A stretch of DNA of 64,000 bases from Candidatus Latescibacterota bacterium (GTDB lineage Bacteria; Latescibacterota; UBA2968; UBA8231), in the NCBI GenBank assembly GCA_965261395.1, contig OZ253462.1, positions 512,001 to 576,000 on the forward strand, read 5' to 3'. The notes beneath the pieces were generated by a model. The model worked only from the letters and a program-made list of their open reading frames with translations, was not told the origin of the DNA and ran no database searches. Below, one piece after another: positions 47,808-58,414 of this stretch; positions within the stretch are counted from its first letter, which is position 1; the number at the start of each line of letters is the position of its first letter. The translations under genes and the position numbers were made by a program.

Positions 47808-49028
47808 TCAAAGCTCACTTAACAGCGAGCCGATAACCGCGTCGATCTGGTCAACGGTATTAGAACTGAGACCAAGGACGTCATAGGCGACTTTACCTTC
47901 GCCATCGAGGATTACATGACGAGGAAAGGCATAGCCGAAAATCTGCACTGCCTCGTCTTTCCCCAAGGCGATGTCATAAGAGAACGGATGCTTCTTCAGA
48001 AACGGCGTCAAATCCACCATTTCATTGTGGGCGATAGCGAGGAACTCAACGTCGCGGTCCGCGTATTTCTCGACCAGTTCGTTGAGTTCGGGAATCTCCC
48101 TGATGCAGGGGCCGCAGAAGGTTTGCCACCAGTTGATGACCACGGGCTTGCCGCGCAGCGCCGTCAGGTCGATAGTGCTGCTGTCGAGCCGAGTAACGGC
48201 GACATTCGGCATCTTGAAGCCCACGGCGAGGGCGACCGTTTGCTCACTGCGCTCAATCACCAGTTGATCCCCCGTCGCCGACACATAGGTCAGTTTGTAT
48301 GCCTGACCGTCGATCAAGAAGGGCTTGGTTCCCTCGAAAACTTCATTCACCTGCGTGTTGGACTGAGAGTCCGTTCGGGTCAGGAATACCCCGTCCCTGT
48401 CGAGGTCAATCATAAGTTGATAGAACGTGATCCCCACCGAGTCGGCGGGTATAGAGTAGGTGCCGAAACGCGGATCTCTAACTAGGGCTATGGCATAGCG
48501 TTGGCCGCCAATGTCGGCCTCGCCCAGCCGCAGCTCGAGGTTGCGGTGCAGCACGGAATTATGTTCGCGGCTGAGCACGAGTTCAAGCGTAAACTCAGGT
48601 GCTTGACCAGCCGGGGGCACGGTTAGCTCGGATTGTAGGGCCTCACTTTTAATGAATTTGGAAAAACCCTCCGTGAGCTGGAGTCGCTGCGGCTCCGCGG
48701 TCGAATCGGCCACGACGAAGGCAATGTCCTGTCCGTCGTTATCCAATCCCAGTACAACAGTCGGCTCAGCCGGCGAATCGAGGAACGACAAGCGGGCGTG
48801 CAGGGGCTCATTGATTTCCAGCCCGGCAACCGATTGAATCTCGGGCAGTCCTTCCGTCAACTGCGGGCCGACCGGAAACCGCACCAGCATAGGCTGGAAA
48901 AGATGCTCTACGGAATCCTCGCGCACGGATTCCATTTTCACCGTGATACTCTCCGCGTCAGCCACTCCATAAATGAACGCAGTGGCGACGAGGGCGATGA
49001 GGGCGATGGCAGATTTGATCGAATTCAT
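47808..49028 (-). CDS. Exported TlpA-like redoxin with long N-terminal domain (paralog 1)
   Basis: RGKPVVINWWQTFCGPCIREIP; tandem paralog of the preceding gene. Confidence 0.88.
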   Translation of the reverse strand: MNSIKSAIALIALVATAFIYGVADAESITVKMESVREDSVEHLFQPMLVRFPVGPQLTEGLPEIQSVAGLEINEPLHARLSFLDSPAEPTVVLGLDNDGQDIAFVVADSTAEPQRLQLTEGFSKFIKSEALQSELTVPPAGQAPEFTLELVLSREHNSVLHRNLELRLGEADIGGQRYAIALVRDPRFGTYSIPADSVGITFYQLMIDLDRDGVFLTRTDSQSNTQVNEVFEGTKPFLIDGQAYKLTYVSATGDQLVIERSEQTVALAVGFKMPNVAVTRLDSSTIDLTALRGKPVVINWWQTFCGPCIREIPELNELVEKYADRDVEFLAIAHNEMVDLTPFLKKHPFSYDIALGKDEAVQIFGYAFPRHVILDGEGKVAYDVLGLSSNTVDQIDAVIGSLLSEL

Positions 49029-49093
49029 GGTATCCTCCTATGGGGTGTGTGAAGTACGTTTGGGTTTATTTTTTCGGACAGCCACATTCCGAC

Positions 49094-50272
49094 TCATTCG
49101 TGGTGCAGCGCCTCGACCGGCCGTATCCGGCAGGCCAGCCGCCCTGGGTACAGGCTGCATACAATCACGAGGCCGTAAATTATCAGCGCCGCAAAGGCCA
49201 GACTGAGTGCGTAGGTCCCGCTGGTATAATCGAGTAGTTCTAGCAGTGGGAATTGTAAGACGAGCAGCAAGCCAGCGATTACGCCGATGCTGGCAACCAC
49301 CAGTATCTCGCCCGTCAACTGCGCGTAGATACTGGCTGCCGACCCGCCCAAGGCCCTTCTCAGACCGATCTCCTCGATTCTCAGCGTCGTCCGCTGCCAC
49401 AGCACGCCGCTCAACGACAGCGCCACCATACCCATCACCAACACCGAGACGACCCCGGCGGCAAATAGGGCGGTCAGGGCCAACTTGAACGACGAGGCGC
49501 GATCTTCCTCCAAGGTCGTAATATCTACTATGTACCACGGGACCATGGCCTTGAGCCGCTTGAAAATTTGCTCTTGGGCCGCCAACGGGGTGTCGGGACG
49601 CACTTTGACCAAAAAACGGATATGATGAGAGTCATCGTCTTCCAAGCGATCTAATATGAAGAAATCATCTTCGGAAAATTCCCCTCTGCGGCGATAGGCG
49701 GAGACCACTCCTACGACCCGCCCGTCACCGTCATCCCCCCCCCACTCTTCGACCTGCTGGCCGATGGGATCTTCACGGCCAAAAAGTGCCTCGCTGAGCG
49801 GCTGGGTTATCACGAGCGGCTCCCAGTCTAGGGCCGCGTCCTCCTCGCTGAACCACCGCCCGCTAACCAAGTTGAGATCGAACACCTCGTGGAACTCATC
49901 CGAAACATTACCAAGCCCAACCATCTTTTCTTCTTTGGAAAAGGCACCGTACCGAGTGTTGCTATAGGGAATTGCTCCGCTGTTCGCCACGGCTACCGAC
50001 TCGACCCAGTCGAATTCCTCTAGGGCCTGATAGATATGTCTGCGGCTGGGCGCTTTCGTCTCGCTAGGCGCTGGTCGCGTCCGATCCTCCCTGAATTCCA
50101 CAACCCATCTATTTTCGTAGGAAAATCCGAGAGGCTGCCGGTAACTGTTGGCCTTGTCCACGGCGAGGGAGGCCGTGATAAAGACGATTAAAAAAGAAAT
50201 GAAGATCTGGAAGGCGGTTAACGTGTTCGCCCTTTTGCGATTCCAGACTAGCTTGCAGAGATGGCGTATCAT
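49094..50272 (-). CDS. MacB/FtsX-type ABC permease
   Basis: RIEEIGLRRALGG, YPGRLA..IRPVEAL; ATGA overlap with the upstream permease. Confidence 0.92.
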   Translation of the reverse strand: MIRHLCKLVWNRKRANTLTAFQIFISFLIVFITASLAVDKANSYRQPLGFSYENRWVVEFREDRTRPAPSETKAPSRRHIYQALEEFDWVESVAVANSGAIPYSNTRYGAFSKEEKMVGLGNVSDEFHEVFDLNLVSGRWFSEEDAALDWEPLVITQPLSEALFGREDPIGQQVEEWGGDDGDGRVVGVVSAYRRRGEFSEDDFFILDRLEDDDSHHIRFLVKVRPDTPLAAQEQIFKRLKAMVPWYIVDITTLEEDRASSFKLALTALFAAGVVSVLVMGMVALSLSGVLWQRTTLRIEEIGLRRALGGSAASIYAQLTGEILVVASIGVIAGLLLVLQFPLLELLDYTSGTYALSLAFAALIIYGLVIVCSLYPGRLACRIRPVEALHHE

Positions 50273-51528
50273 TGCTTCCTCCTTCTGAGAGCTTCTACGA
50301 TATGCAGGCGCGACATTCTCCAAGCCGGATAGATGCCGGAAAGCAGACCGAAGACTAGGGTTATCACCAAGCCGTAGAAAAAGATGCGATGGTTCAGGTG
50401 GAATTCGGCATATTGCACAATGTCGCTGGCACTGAGTGCTTGTAGGACGAGAAAAGTAAGCACCAGCCCTAAAGCACCGCCCAAGAGCGTGAGAATCACG
50501 TTCTCCACCATGAATTGCCCCACTAAGGTGCGCGAAGAGCCGCCGAATGCCTTGCGTACCCCGATCTCAGAAGCGCGCTCCAAGATGCGAGTGCTGTTGA
50601 TATTGACCAAGCTGACCACCGGCAGGAGCATGAAGAGCAACCCCAGACCGCCAATCATCAAGAACATCGCATCGGTAGTCCCGGCGTCGAAGTCCCTGAA
50701 CACGAGCATCATACGCGCAGCCTCTTCTAACAGCGTCGCAGGGCCGCCGATGAGGCGATTGGTCTGATCGGGATTGGGATATTCGACCCGGGTGAGCACA
50801 TCGGCGAATTCCTCTTTGATAAGCGGTACTTCGGCCGCATTGCGCGCCAAGATCAGCGCCTGAGAGTTGCCGAATATCGAATCATAATGCAGGTACTCGT
50901 CCGTTTCGCGGGTGCTGACGGGCACCCAGAGATCGGCAAAGGACACGATGCGGAAGGCCGGCACGTTGGGCACGACCCCTACCACGCGAAAAGGGCGTCC
51001 TTTGACTTCGATGTACTGCCCCACGGCCTGCTCTCCCCCGAAAAACACCCGGCGCGTCTCCTCATTGATCACGGCCACCCGTTGGGCTTCCTCTACTTCC
51101 TTTGTGGTATAGGGACGCCCTTCAAGGAAATCGAATTCGAGTATCTCCCAGAACACTCCGTCCGTGTACTTGAGGTCGGATTCGATCTTCACGCCCTTGC
51201 GATACGTAACTTCCGGGGACCAGAAGTCTGTGGAAATGGACACCTTTTCCGCATGATCCAGCGAGGACACATACCGTTCCAAAAAGGCGTAGCTAGGTGC
51301 CCGGATATACATGCCTCTGTCATCCGTGTTTTTTCCTGTGAGCATCTTCAGAACGAGCGTGCGATCCGACCGCGTCTCCGGCGGGAAGGAGCCAAAGACG
51401 TGGTCGAACAAGGCCGTCGCCACCATCATTACCATGAGCGTGAAGCTGATGGTAACGAGGCTGATGCAGGTAAAGACCTTGCGCCTCAGCAGAACCTTGA
51501 GGGCCATTTTGATATAGTTCTTTAGCAT
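50269..51528 (-). CDS. MacB/FtsX-type ABC permease
   Basis: MLKNYIKMALKVL, ERASEIGVRKAFG, GIYPAW. Confidence 0.93.
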   Translation of the reverse strand: MLKNYIKMALKVLLRRKVFTCISLVTISFTLMVMMVATALFDHVFGSFPPETRSDRTLVLKMLTGKNTDDRGMYIRAPSYAFLERYVSSLDHAEKVSISTDFWSPEVTYRKGVKIESDLKYTDGVFWEILEFDFLEGRPYTTKEVEEAQRVAVINEETRRVFFGGEQAVGQYIEVKGRPFRVVGVVPNVPAFRIVSFADLWVPVSTRETDEYLHYDSIFGNSQALILARNAAEVPLIKEEFADVLTRVEYPNPDQTNRLIGGPATLLEEAARMMLVFRDFDAGTTDAMFLMIGGLGLLFMLLPVVSLVNINSTRILERASEIGVRKAFGGSSRTLVGQFMVENVILTLLGGALGLVLTFLVLQALSASDIVQYAEFHLNHRIFFYGLVITLVFGLLSGIYPAWRMSRLHIVEALRRRKQ

Positions 51529-51541
51529 TTTCCTCCTCCTT

Positions 51542-52207
<666 letters not shown>

Positions 52208-52218
52208 GGCAGTCTCCT

Positions 52219-53487
52219 TTATTTTATCTGGACTTCGTCCAAGTGCAGGTAGTCTTTCACATCCGAGATGATTACCTCGTCGCCTTCGATTAATCCCTCC
52301 TCCACCTCGTAGTACTCGAAATTGGCAATGCCGATGCGCACCTCGGTCTTCACTGCGGTTTGGCCGCGCACCACAAAAACCTCGTGCAGGCCCGCCCGCC
52401 CGCTGATGAACGGCCCCCGCTTGAGGCGCAGGGCGCGGTCCTTGCGCGCGGTGACGATATAGGCGTCCACCCGCTGGTTGGGCCGCAGCAGCGCGTGCGC
52501 TGAATCCTCTAGCTCGACCGCAAGCTGGATGATCCCACCTTCGACCGTAGGCAGGATGCGGGCGATGTGGCCCTTTACGTATTCTTCCTCATTAATGCGC
52601 AGGCGCACCCACAGCCCGGTCTGGAGCCGGCGGGCGTGAATGTCGGAAACAGTGACATCGACGCGGAATGAGCTGAGGTCGGCGATGCGGGCGATTTCCT
52701 GGCCTTGGCTGATGGAAGCGCCGACTTCCGGCGCAATCGCGGTGAGCACGCCATCTCTATCGGCGCGGATGTGGGCGCGCTCCAAGCGACGGCGGGCCTC
52801 CTCGACCTCGCGTTCGAGGATATTCATTTCCAATTGCAGGGCTTCCAACTGCGCCTGAGTGGATTCGACGAGGTTGCGGCGGTCTGCTTCGAGTTGCTGC
52901 AATTCAATCTCAGCGCGCTGTTCTTGCAGGTGCGCTTGGCTCAACTCTTCCTCGGAAACCGCGCCAAAACCCTGTAACTCGCGGAGCTGCGCGGTGCGGG
53001 TCTTAAAACGCTGAAATTCCAAGTCTTTCAACCGCCAGCGCGTGTCTAGGTCGCTCAGCTTTTTGCGTTCGTCCAATTCGAGTTGGGTGCGGCGATTCTG
53101 CTTGAGGGCCAGTTCTTCGGCCCGTTTCTCGACATCGAGCCGCGCTGCGTTCAAGTCCAGTTCGACGATGGGCTGTCCCTGCTGCAACATGGCTCCCGGC
53201 TTTTGCAGGATGCGCACTAGCCGCGTATTGACGGGGCTAAAGATGATCTGCTCGAACTGGGGTACCACCGTGCCCGAAGCGGTAATCGTCTCTTCCACCG
53301 CGCCCCATTGCACCTGCGCGGTGCGAATGCGGTCGGGGTCCAGCGCCGGCCTGATCCAACTGGGCAACCAAACAGAGAGCCAGAGGAGCGCAGCCACTCC
53401 CACCACCGAATAGGCAATGCGTTTGCCGCGCTGCCGTCTCAGGAAGGTCGGATCTACTGGGCGATCCATTGTATTCATGGGTTTCAT
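52219..53487 (-). CDS. Efflux periplasmic adaptor (membrane fusion protein)
   Basis: N-terminal TM, ITASGTVVP, coiled coil, GLIEGDEVI. Confidence 0.92.
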   Translation of the reverse strand: MKPMNTMDRPVDPTFLRRQRGKRIAYSVVGVAALLWLSVWLPSWIRPALDPDRIRTAQVQWGAVEETITASGTVVPQFEQIIFSPVNTRLVRILQKPGAMLQQGQPIVELDLNAARLDVEKRAEELALKQNRRTQLELDERKKLSDLDTRWRLKDLEFQRFKTRTAQLRELQGFGAVSEEELSQAHLQEQRAEIELQQLEADRRNLVESTQAQLEALQLEMNILEREVEEARRRLERAHIRADRDGVLTAIAPEVGASISQGQEIARIADLSSFRVDVTVSDIHARRLQTGLWVRLRINEEEYVKGHIARILPTVEGGIIQLAVELEDSAHALLRPNQRVDAYIVTARKDRALRLKRGPFISGRAGLHEVFVVRGQTAVKTEVRIGIANFEYYEVEEGLIEGDEVIISDVKDYLHLDEVQIK

Positions 53488-53510
53488 ACCTCCGCTTGTC
53501 CATTACCTAC

Positions 53511-53526
53511 GCAAGTTCCGTGCCAA
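53511..53526 (-). promoter_or_regulatory. Sigma-54 -24/-12 promoter
   Basis: TTGGCAC-GGAAC-TTGC on the minus strand, about 25 nt upstream of the adaptor start. Confidence 0.85.
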
Positions 53527-53579
53527 CGCGACAAATGGTTGTTTTTACTCAAGTTATATTTTTAGAGACAAAGCATTTT

Positions 53580-53633
53580 CGTCCGCTTTTGAACACTCAC
53601 TGTTCATTTTCGGACAGTCGTCCGGAATGGGGA
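53580..53633. promoter_or_regulatory. Candidate enhancer (UAS) boxes for the NtrC-type regulator
   Basis: CGTCC-N6-GAACA (53580), TGTTC-N6-GGACA (53601) and a partial CGTCC (53619), about 55-110 nt upstream of the sigma-54 site. Confidence 0.5.
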
Positions 53634-53645
53634 GGGCGTAAAAAA

Positions 53646-53670
53646 GGGCACCCACAAGGGGTGCCCCTAC
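53646..53670 (-). repeat. GTAG-type REP palindrome
   Basis: GTAGGGGCACCCCTTGTGGGTGCCC on the minus strand. Confidence 0.7.
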
Positions 53671-53702
53671 AGACACAATGAGAAACGAAATCGGTGCGGA
53701 AC

Positions 53703-54506
53703 CTATTCGGACCGGGCGACCCAATGGCGGAACAAGGGCTGGACCGGGGCGGGCAGCTCGGCGAAAACACCGGCGGGCAGCGACGGCACGGCGTTTTCCT
53801 TAATGCCGGTTTCTTCGGACAAGCGTCGGCGCTCGTCGGAACCGGGGCGCAAGACCTCGACATTGAGCCACCAGGGAGCGTAGCGCACAACTACAGAGGT
53901 GCGTGGTTGGTGCGAGCGGTTGGGCGCGGTCGCGTGCCACAGGCGGCTGTCGAGCACGAGCACGCTGCCGGCTGGACCGCAGGCGTTTACTTCCGTGGGA
54001 TAAGGGGCCAGCGGATCGACGCCATTGTCGCCGGTGGGGTTGTTCGGGGACCGGTGGCTGCCGGGGACTAGCAGGGTGCCGCCGTTTTCCTCGGTAAAAG
54101 GGGCCAGCATCCACAAGGTGGTCAAGTGGACCGTCGCATCGGGATACGGCGCGGGGATATGGCCGGCGTTGTTCTGGTTGAAGGGCCAGTCGGCGTGCCA
54201 GCCGCCGCGCTCGTTGCCCGGGTGGTTGATCGTGCCGGTGGTGAAGGATATGCGCGGATGCGGCCCCAGCATTGCGCCGACCAAGGCGAGGAGATTTTCA
54301 TCCGCGAGAAAAGGCGCAAAGGACTGGTCGAAGTTGATCATGCCCGGCAAATGGCCAATGCCGGGTGGAGCTACGGGATTGCGGTGCGCTGCAACCGTGG
54401 CCTCGACGCTGCGGCGCACGCGCTCAATCTGGTCGGCTGGGATGACGCCTTCGACCACGCACCAGCCGTCTAGTTTTAGGTGCAGAAGTAGTCGTTCTAA
54501 TTGCAT
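53703..54506 (-). CDS. PhyH-family dioxygenase
   Basis: WHADWP, NGGTLLVPGSH, DSRLWH, PR. Confidence 0.92.
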   Translation of the reverse strand: MQLERLLLHLKLDGWCVVEGVIPADQIERVRRSVEATVAAHRNPVAPPGIGHLPGMINFDQSFAPFLADENLLALVGAMLGPHPRISFTTGTINHPGNERGGWHADWPFNQNNAGHIPAPYPDATVHLTTLWMLAPFTEENGGTLLVPGSHRSPNNPTGDNGVDPLAPYPTEVNACGPAGSVLVLDSRLWHATAPNRSHQPRTSVVVRYAPWWLNVEVLRPGSDERRRLSEETGIKENAVPSLPAGVFAELPAPVQPLFRHWVARSE

Positions 54507-54650
54507 AGCTCACTCCCTGTCATCGGCTATATATAATAGAATAGACTTTTGTCGGGGGCGAGCGGCAAGAGAGTAGCTTGACAGTGAAGGGGTGGTCGTG
54601 GAGTTTGGAGCCGGTGTAGAGCGCATGTCAATTTTTTTGGGGACTGGCGG

Positions 54651-55514
54651 ATGAGTATGGAAGGGGCACCGCCCCTCTGGTTAGTGCTGCCGCTGCTGAT
54701 GGAATTCGGCTTTGGGCAGGTGTTCAAATGGGCCACGCAACAGCGTTGCTACGCCCCGACCGTGGTATCGACCAACTATTGGGTCCTATCTTCCATTCTG
54801 CTGCTCTATCTGGGATTCACCGGACAATTGCACATACCGGCCGCAGCAATAAAGGTCGGCGCAATCACCGGCGCGGTCTTCATCAGCTCCATGCTGTTGA
54901 TGACGCGCTTGTTGCGGACCTTTCGCGTGGCCTCGGTGTTGACCGCTTTCCGGTTGGCCATTGTCGTGCCGGTGGGGCTGGGCGTACTGCTGTGGGATGA
55001 GCCGTTGGGCGGCCTCCAGCTATTGGGATTGGGCTTGGCGTTAGTGGCCGTTTTGTTGATGTCGCGGCACGCTGGGCACCATACCAATGTTCCGCGCTGG
55101 ATCGCCACGGCGCTGCTGATCTTGGTTTTCGGTATCCAGGGGATGAGCACTTCCTGTCTGCGCTGGGTGCATTACGCCGGCTTGGACGATGCGTATTTAC
55201 AAGTGCTCATGGTCATCGGCTTTACCGCTGGGACCATTGGGGCCACTGTGTTGTTGTGGGAGGCGCGGCAGCGCATTCGGCGCTTCGATCTGGCGGTGGG
55301 GGCTGGCATCGGAGTGTACAATCTGCTCGCCTTAATGGCCGTGCTGATCTCGCTCAAGCACGTGCCGGGCACGGTATTTTTCCCATTGGTGGGCTGCGGC
55401 GTCGTCATTTTGGACAATGTGACGGCACCGCTGTTGTGGAAAGAGCCGCTCAGTCGGGCGGCCGTTTTGGGCGTGGGCGTGGGCGTGCTGGCGGTAATTT
55501 TGGTAGTTCAATAA
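54651..55514 (+). CDS. EamA/DMT-family transporter
   Basis: About 10 TM helices in two repeats; W.EPL motifs. Confidence 0.75.
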   Translation: MSMEGAPPLWLVLPLLMEFGFGQVFKWATQQRCYAPTVVSTNYWVLSSILLLYLGFTGQLHIPAAAIKVGAITGAVFISSMLLMTRLLRTFRVASVLTAFRLAIVVPVGLGVLLWDEPLGGLQLLGLGLALVAVLLMSRHAGHHTNVPRWIATALLILVFGIQGMSTSCLRWVHYAGLDDAYLQVLMVIGFTAGTIGATVLLWEARQRIRRFDLAVGAGIGVYNLLALMAVLISLKHVPGTVFFPLVGCGVVILDNVTAPLLWKEPLSRAAVLGVGVGVLAVILVVQ

Positions 55515-55539
55515 AACTAAGCGACGAGGAGTGTGAATT

Positions 55540-56679
55540 ATGAGTAAGCGCTACAAAGCCGGAGTCATCGGGCGCACGGGTGCCGGCGACTATGGCCACG
55601 GGCTGGAAACCGTTTACCGGGACTTGGAGCAAGTGGATTTAGTCGCTGTGGCCGACCCCGATCCCGAGGGCCGCGCCGCAGCCGGCGAGCGCACGGGTGC
55701 CCAGCGGCTCTACGCCGATTACCGCCAGATGCTCGCCGACGAGGACTTGGACATAGTCAGCGTCTGTCCGCGGATGCCCGACTGCCACGCCGACATGGTC
55801 ATCGCCTGTGCCGAGGCCGGGGTGCGCGGCGTGTTTATCGAGAAGCCGCTGACGCCCTCTCTGCGCGAAGCCGACGCTCTGTTGGCGGCCTGTCAGGAGC
55901 ACGGCGTCAAGACCGCGGTGGCGCACCGGCGCGCCAATCCCTACGAGCAGTACGGCAAAAAGCTGGTTGACGAGGGCGTTATCGGCCAGCTACAAGTGCT
56001 GCGCAGCCACGGCAAGTCCGACCACCGGGCTGGGTCTCAGGATCTGATGGTCTTGGGCACGCACATGATGGACAGCATGCGCTACTTTGCTGGGGCCGAG
56101 GTGGCTTGGGCCCACGGGCACGTCACGCAGGATGGGCGCGAGGTGACGTTGGCCGATGTGCGGGAAGGGGACGAGCGCATCGGCTTGATCGCCGGCAACG
56201 GGGTGGCGGCGTACTACGTTTTTGCGAACGGAGTGACCGCGCATTTTGAATCGCAACCGGGCTATCCAAAAGGGCACAACAGCCGTTGGTTCGGTTTTGA
56301 GGCACACGGCAGTGAGGGCATCATCGCCCTGCGCAATTCGCCCAACGGCGAGATGTACATCTATCGCCAAGGCTTGTGGATCCCCGGCGAGGAAAACGGC
56401 ACTTGGGAACGGGTGTTGTTGGACGAGTGGGAACAATACTCGGCGGGCGAGCGCACGCACCAGAGCAATTTGATCATTGTGCGCGAATTGATCCAAGCCA
56501 TTGAGGAGGATCGCCCGGTGCGGGCCTGTTCCAGCGGCGAGGACGGGCGAGCGGCGCTGGAAATGATCATGGCGGTACACGAGTCGCAGCGCTTGGGCAC
56601 GCGGGTGTCTCTGCCTTTGGCGAATCGGGAGAATCCTTATGAGATATGGCGGCGGCAGGATGGAGAGAAGGCGACATAG
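55540..56679 (+). CDS. Gfo/Idh/MocA oxidoreductase
   Basis: GVIG..G, FIEKP, GTHMMD. Confidence 0.92.
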   Translation: MSKRYKAGVIGRTGAGDYGHGLETVYRDLEQVDLVAVADPDPEGRAAAGERTGAQRLYADYRQMLADEDLDIVSVCPRMPDCHADMVIACAEAGVRGVFIEKPLTPSLREADALLAACQEHGVKTAVAHRRANPYEQYGKKLVDEGVIGQLQVLRSHGKSDHRAGSQDLMVLGTHMMDSMRYFAGAEVAWAHGHVTQDGREVTLADVREGDERIGLIAGNGVAAYYVFANGVTAHFESQPGYPKGHNSRWFGFEAHGSEGIIALRNSPNGEMYIYRQGLWIPGEENGTWERVLLDEWEQYSAGERTHQSNLIIVRELIQAIEEDRPVRACSSGEDGRAALEMIMAVHESQRLGTRVSLPLANRENPYEIWRRQDGEKAT

Positions 56680-56928
56680 GCGTTTGTCGCTTGCCAGAGA
56701 AATGTACATTAGGTGTGTTGACTCTCGGAAGGACCGTGCTATCTCAAGTTATTGCAAGGAGTTACGTAGAATATCCCAACCTCGCGGTATTGGTTGCGAC
56801 TGTTTACGCGGATACGTACCTTCGGGTCAGATGGGGATAATTACCCGAATCAATTGTTCGGGTACGAATAGTTAAGCGAACCTAGGTTATAATGACGGGT
56901 ATATAAGGCCTAATAAAGGAGCCAATAT

Positions 56929-58248
56929 ATGACTGCTGAAGTCCTGATTATGAATCGGAATGGAATCGCCCTAGCAGCAGATAGTGCAGCAACTATAACA
57001 GACGGAACAGAGTTTAAGAAAATCTATAACTCTGCTAATAAGCTATTTGCTTTATCAAAATGTCATCCCGTTGCTATCATGGTATATGGTAGTGCTTATA
57101 TTATGGGCATTCCTTGGGAGACTATTATAAAGGGATATCGACGTGAGTTGGGTGATACCAATTTTCCTACAGTAGCAGATTACGGTCAAAATTTCAGAAC
57201 ATATCTTCAAGAGAAAGCATGTGATCAAGAATCCTATTCTTCTTATGTACGCCAACAGTCAAAATTCTTAATATCTAACATCTTGTTAGAAGTAGATGAA
57301 AAGGTAAAAAATATAATCGAAGGAGAAGGTGACATTACAATAGATCAAATTCAAGAACTCCACAAAGAGGCTATTGATCGGAATTATAAAAATATTAAAT
57401 CCATACAACAGTCCGCAAAGATCGAGACATCTCAAGTCAAGTCATCTATTGATAAATATAGACAAGAAATTAAAGACCTCTATAATAGTTTAGCAGGTGC
57501 TCGTCCAATACTGCCACAACAAAAACGAAAGATTGTAGAGTCGGCTATCCTGTTTTCCATATTCCATCCAGGTCTTTCAAAAAGTGGAATTGTAATAGCT
57601 GGATTTGGAGAGGATGAGAAATTTCCTCATGCTATATCTTGGGAAATTACAAAAATAATTGATAGATTAGTAAGTTCCGAACAAACTTATGACCGAAAGA
57701 TAACTATTGACGTCAATGCTGTCTTACAAGCATTTGCAGAGAGAAACGAAGTCGATTCATTTATGAAAGGTTTAAGTACCAGATTTTCTAACTTCCTAAC
57801 AGATGATCTTGGTAATGTGTTTACGAGCGATTTTGGCAACAAGATCGCTACAGCTTTAGCAGAAGACGGTGAAGTGGATCCCCAAAAACTCGATAGCATA
57901 GGAAAAAAGATAACTACTGTTGGCCAAAATATATATGAGTCTATTTTAAATCAGATATTTGATATTTCTCTAAAGGAATTCTCTAACCCAGTTCTAGAAG
58001 CAGTCCGTTTCTTCACTCCAATTGAAATGGCTAACATGGCTGAGACACTTGTTGACTTAGAATCATTTCGAAATCAAGTGACTCTTCGTAGTGAAATAGT
58101 TGGGGGACCTATTGATGTTGCTGTTATTACTAAAGGCGACGGATTTATATGGATAAAACGAAAACACTATTTCCAACCTGAACTCAACCATCAGTTCTTC
58201 TACAACTACAATCAACGAAAGGCAAACGATGGAAACGAAGACGATTAA
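56929..58248 (+). CDS. Ntn-hydrolase / proteasome-beta-like protein (AT-rich gene)
   Basis: M-T start, GIALAADS, ANKLF, IVIAGF, VGGPIDVAVI; AAGGAG RBS. Confidence 0.75.
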   Translation: MTAEVLIMNRNGIALAADSAATITDGTEFKKIYNSANKLFALSKCHPVAIMVYGSAYIMGIPWETIIKGYRRELGDTNFPTVADYGQNFRTYLQEKACDQESYSSYVRQQSKFLISNILLEVDEKVKNIIEGEGDITIDQIQELHKEAIDRNYKNIKSIQQSAKIETSQVKSSIDKYRQEIKDLYNSLAGARPILPQQKRKIVESAILFSIFHPGLSKSGIVIAGFGEDEKFPHAISWEITKIIDRLVSSEQTYDRKITIDVNAVLQAFAERNEVDSFMKGLSTRFSNFLTDDLGNVFTSDFGNKIATALAEDGEVDPQKLDSIGKKITTVGQNIYESILNQIFDISLKEFSNPVLEAVRFFTPIEMANMAETLVDLESFRNQVTLRSEIVGGPIDVAVITKGDGFIWIKRKHYFQPELNHQFFYNYNQRKANDGNEDD

Positions 58249-58372
58249 AAATATGCAAGAATATTATGCGATGATACGCACAAAACCTCCTAAAAAAGGA
58301 GTTAATAAATACGCTGAAATAGGTAAGCAACTGGGATTAGTTGTTACAAAAGGGCCAAAGGAACTCAAGTAA
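58229..58372 (+). CDS. 47-aa basic small protein (not in the ORF track)
   Basis: METKTIKNMQEYYAMIRTKPPKKGVNKYAEIGKQLGLVVTKGPKELK; AAAGG RBS; overlaps the upstream stop. Confidence 0.5.
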   Translation: METKTIKNMQEYYAMIRTKPPKKGVNKYAEIGKQLGLVVTKGPKELK

Positions 58373-58414
58373 AACCTACGCCTTACTTGAGTTCCAGATT
58401 CGCTTAACATCCCA

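Noticed and set aside
42720-49114. CRISPR-like 23-bp direct repeats
   Set aside because: The repeats are kilobases apart and derive from coding sequence; no cas genes.
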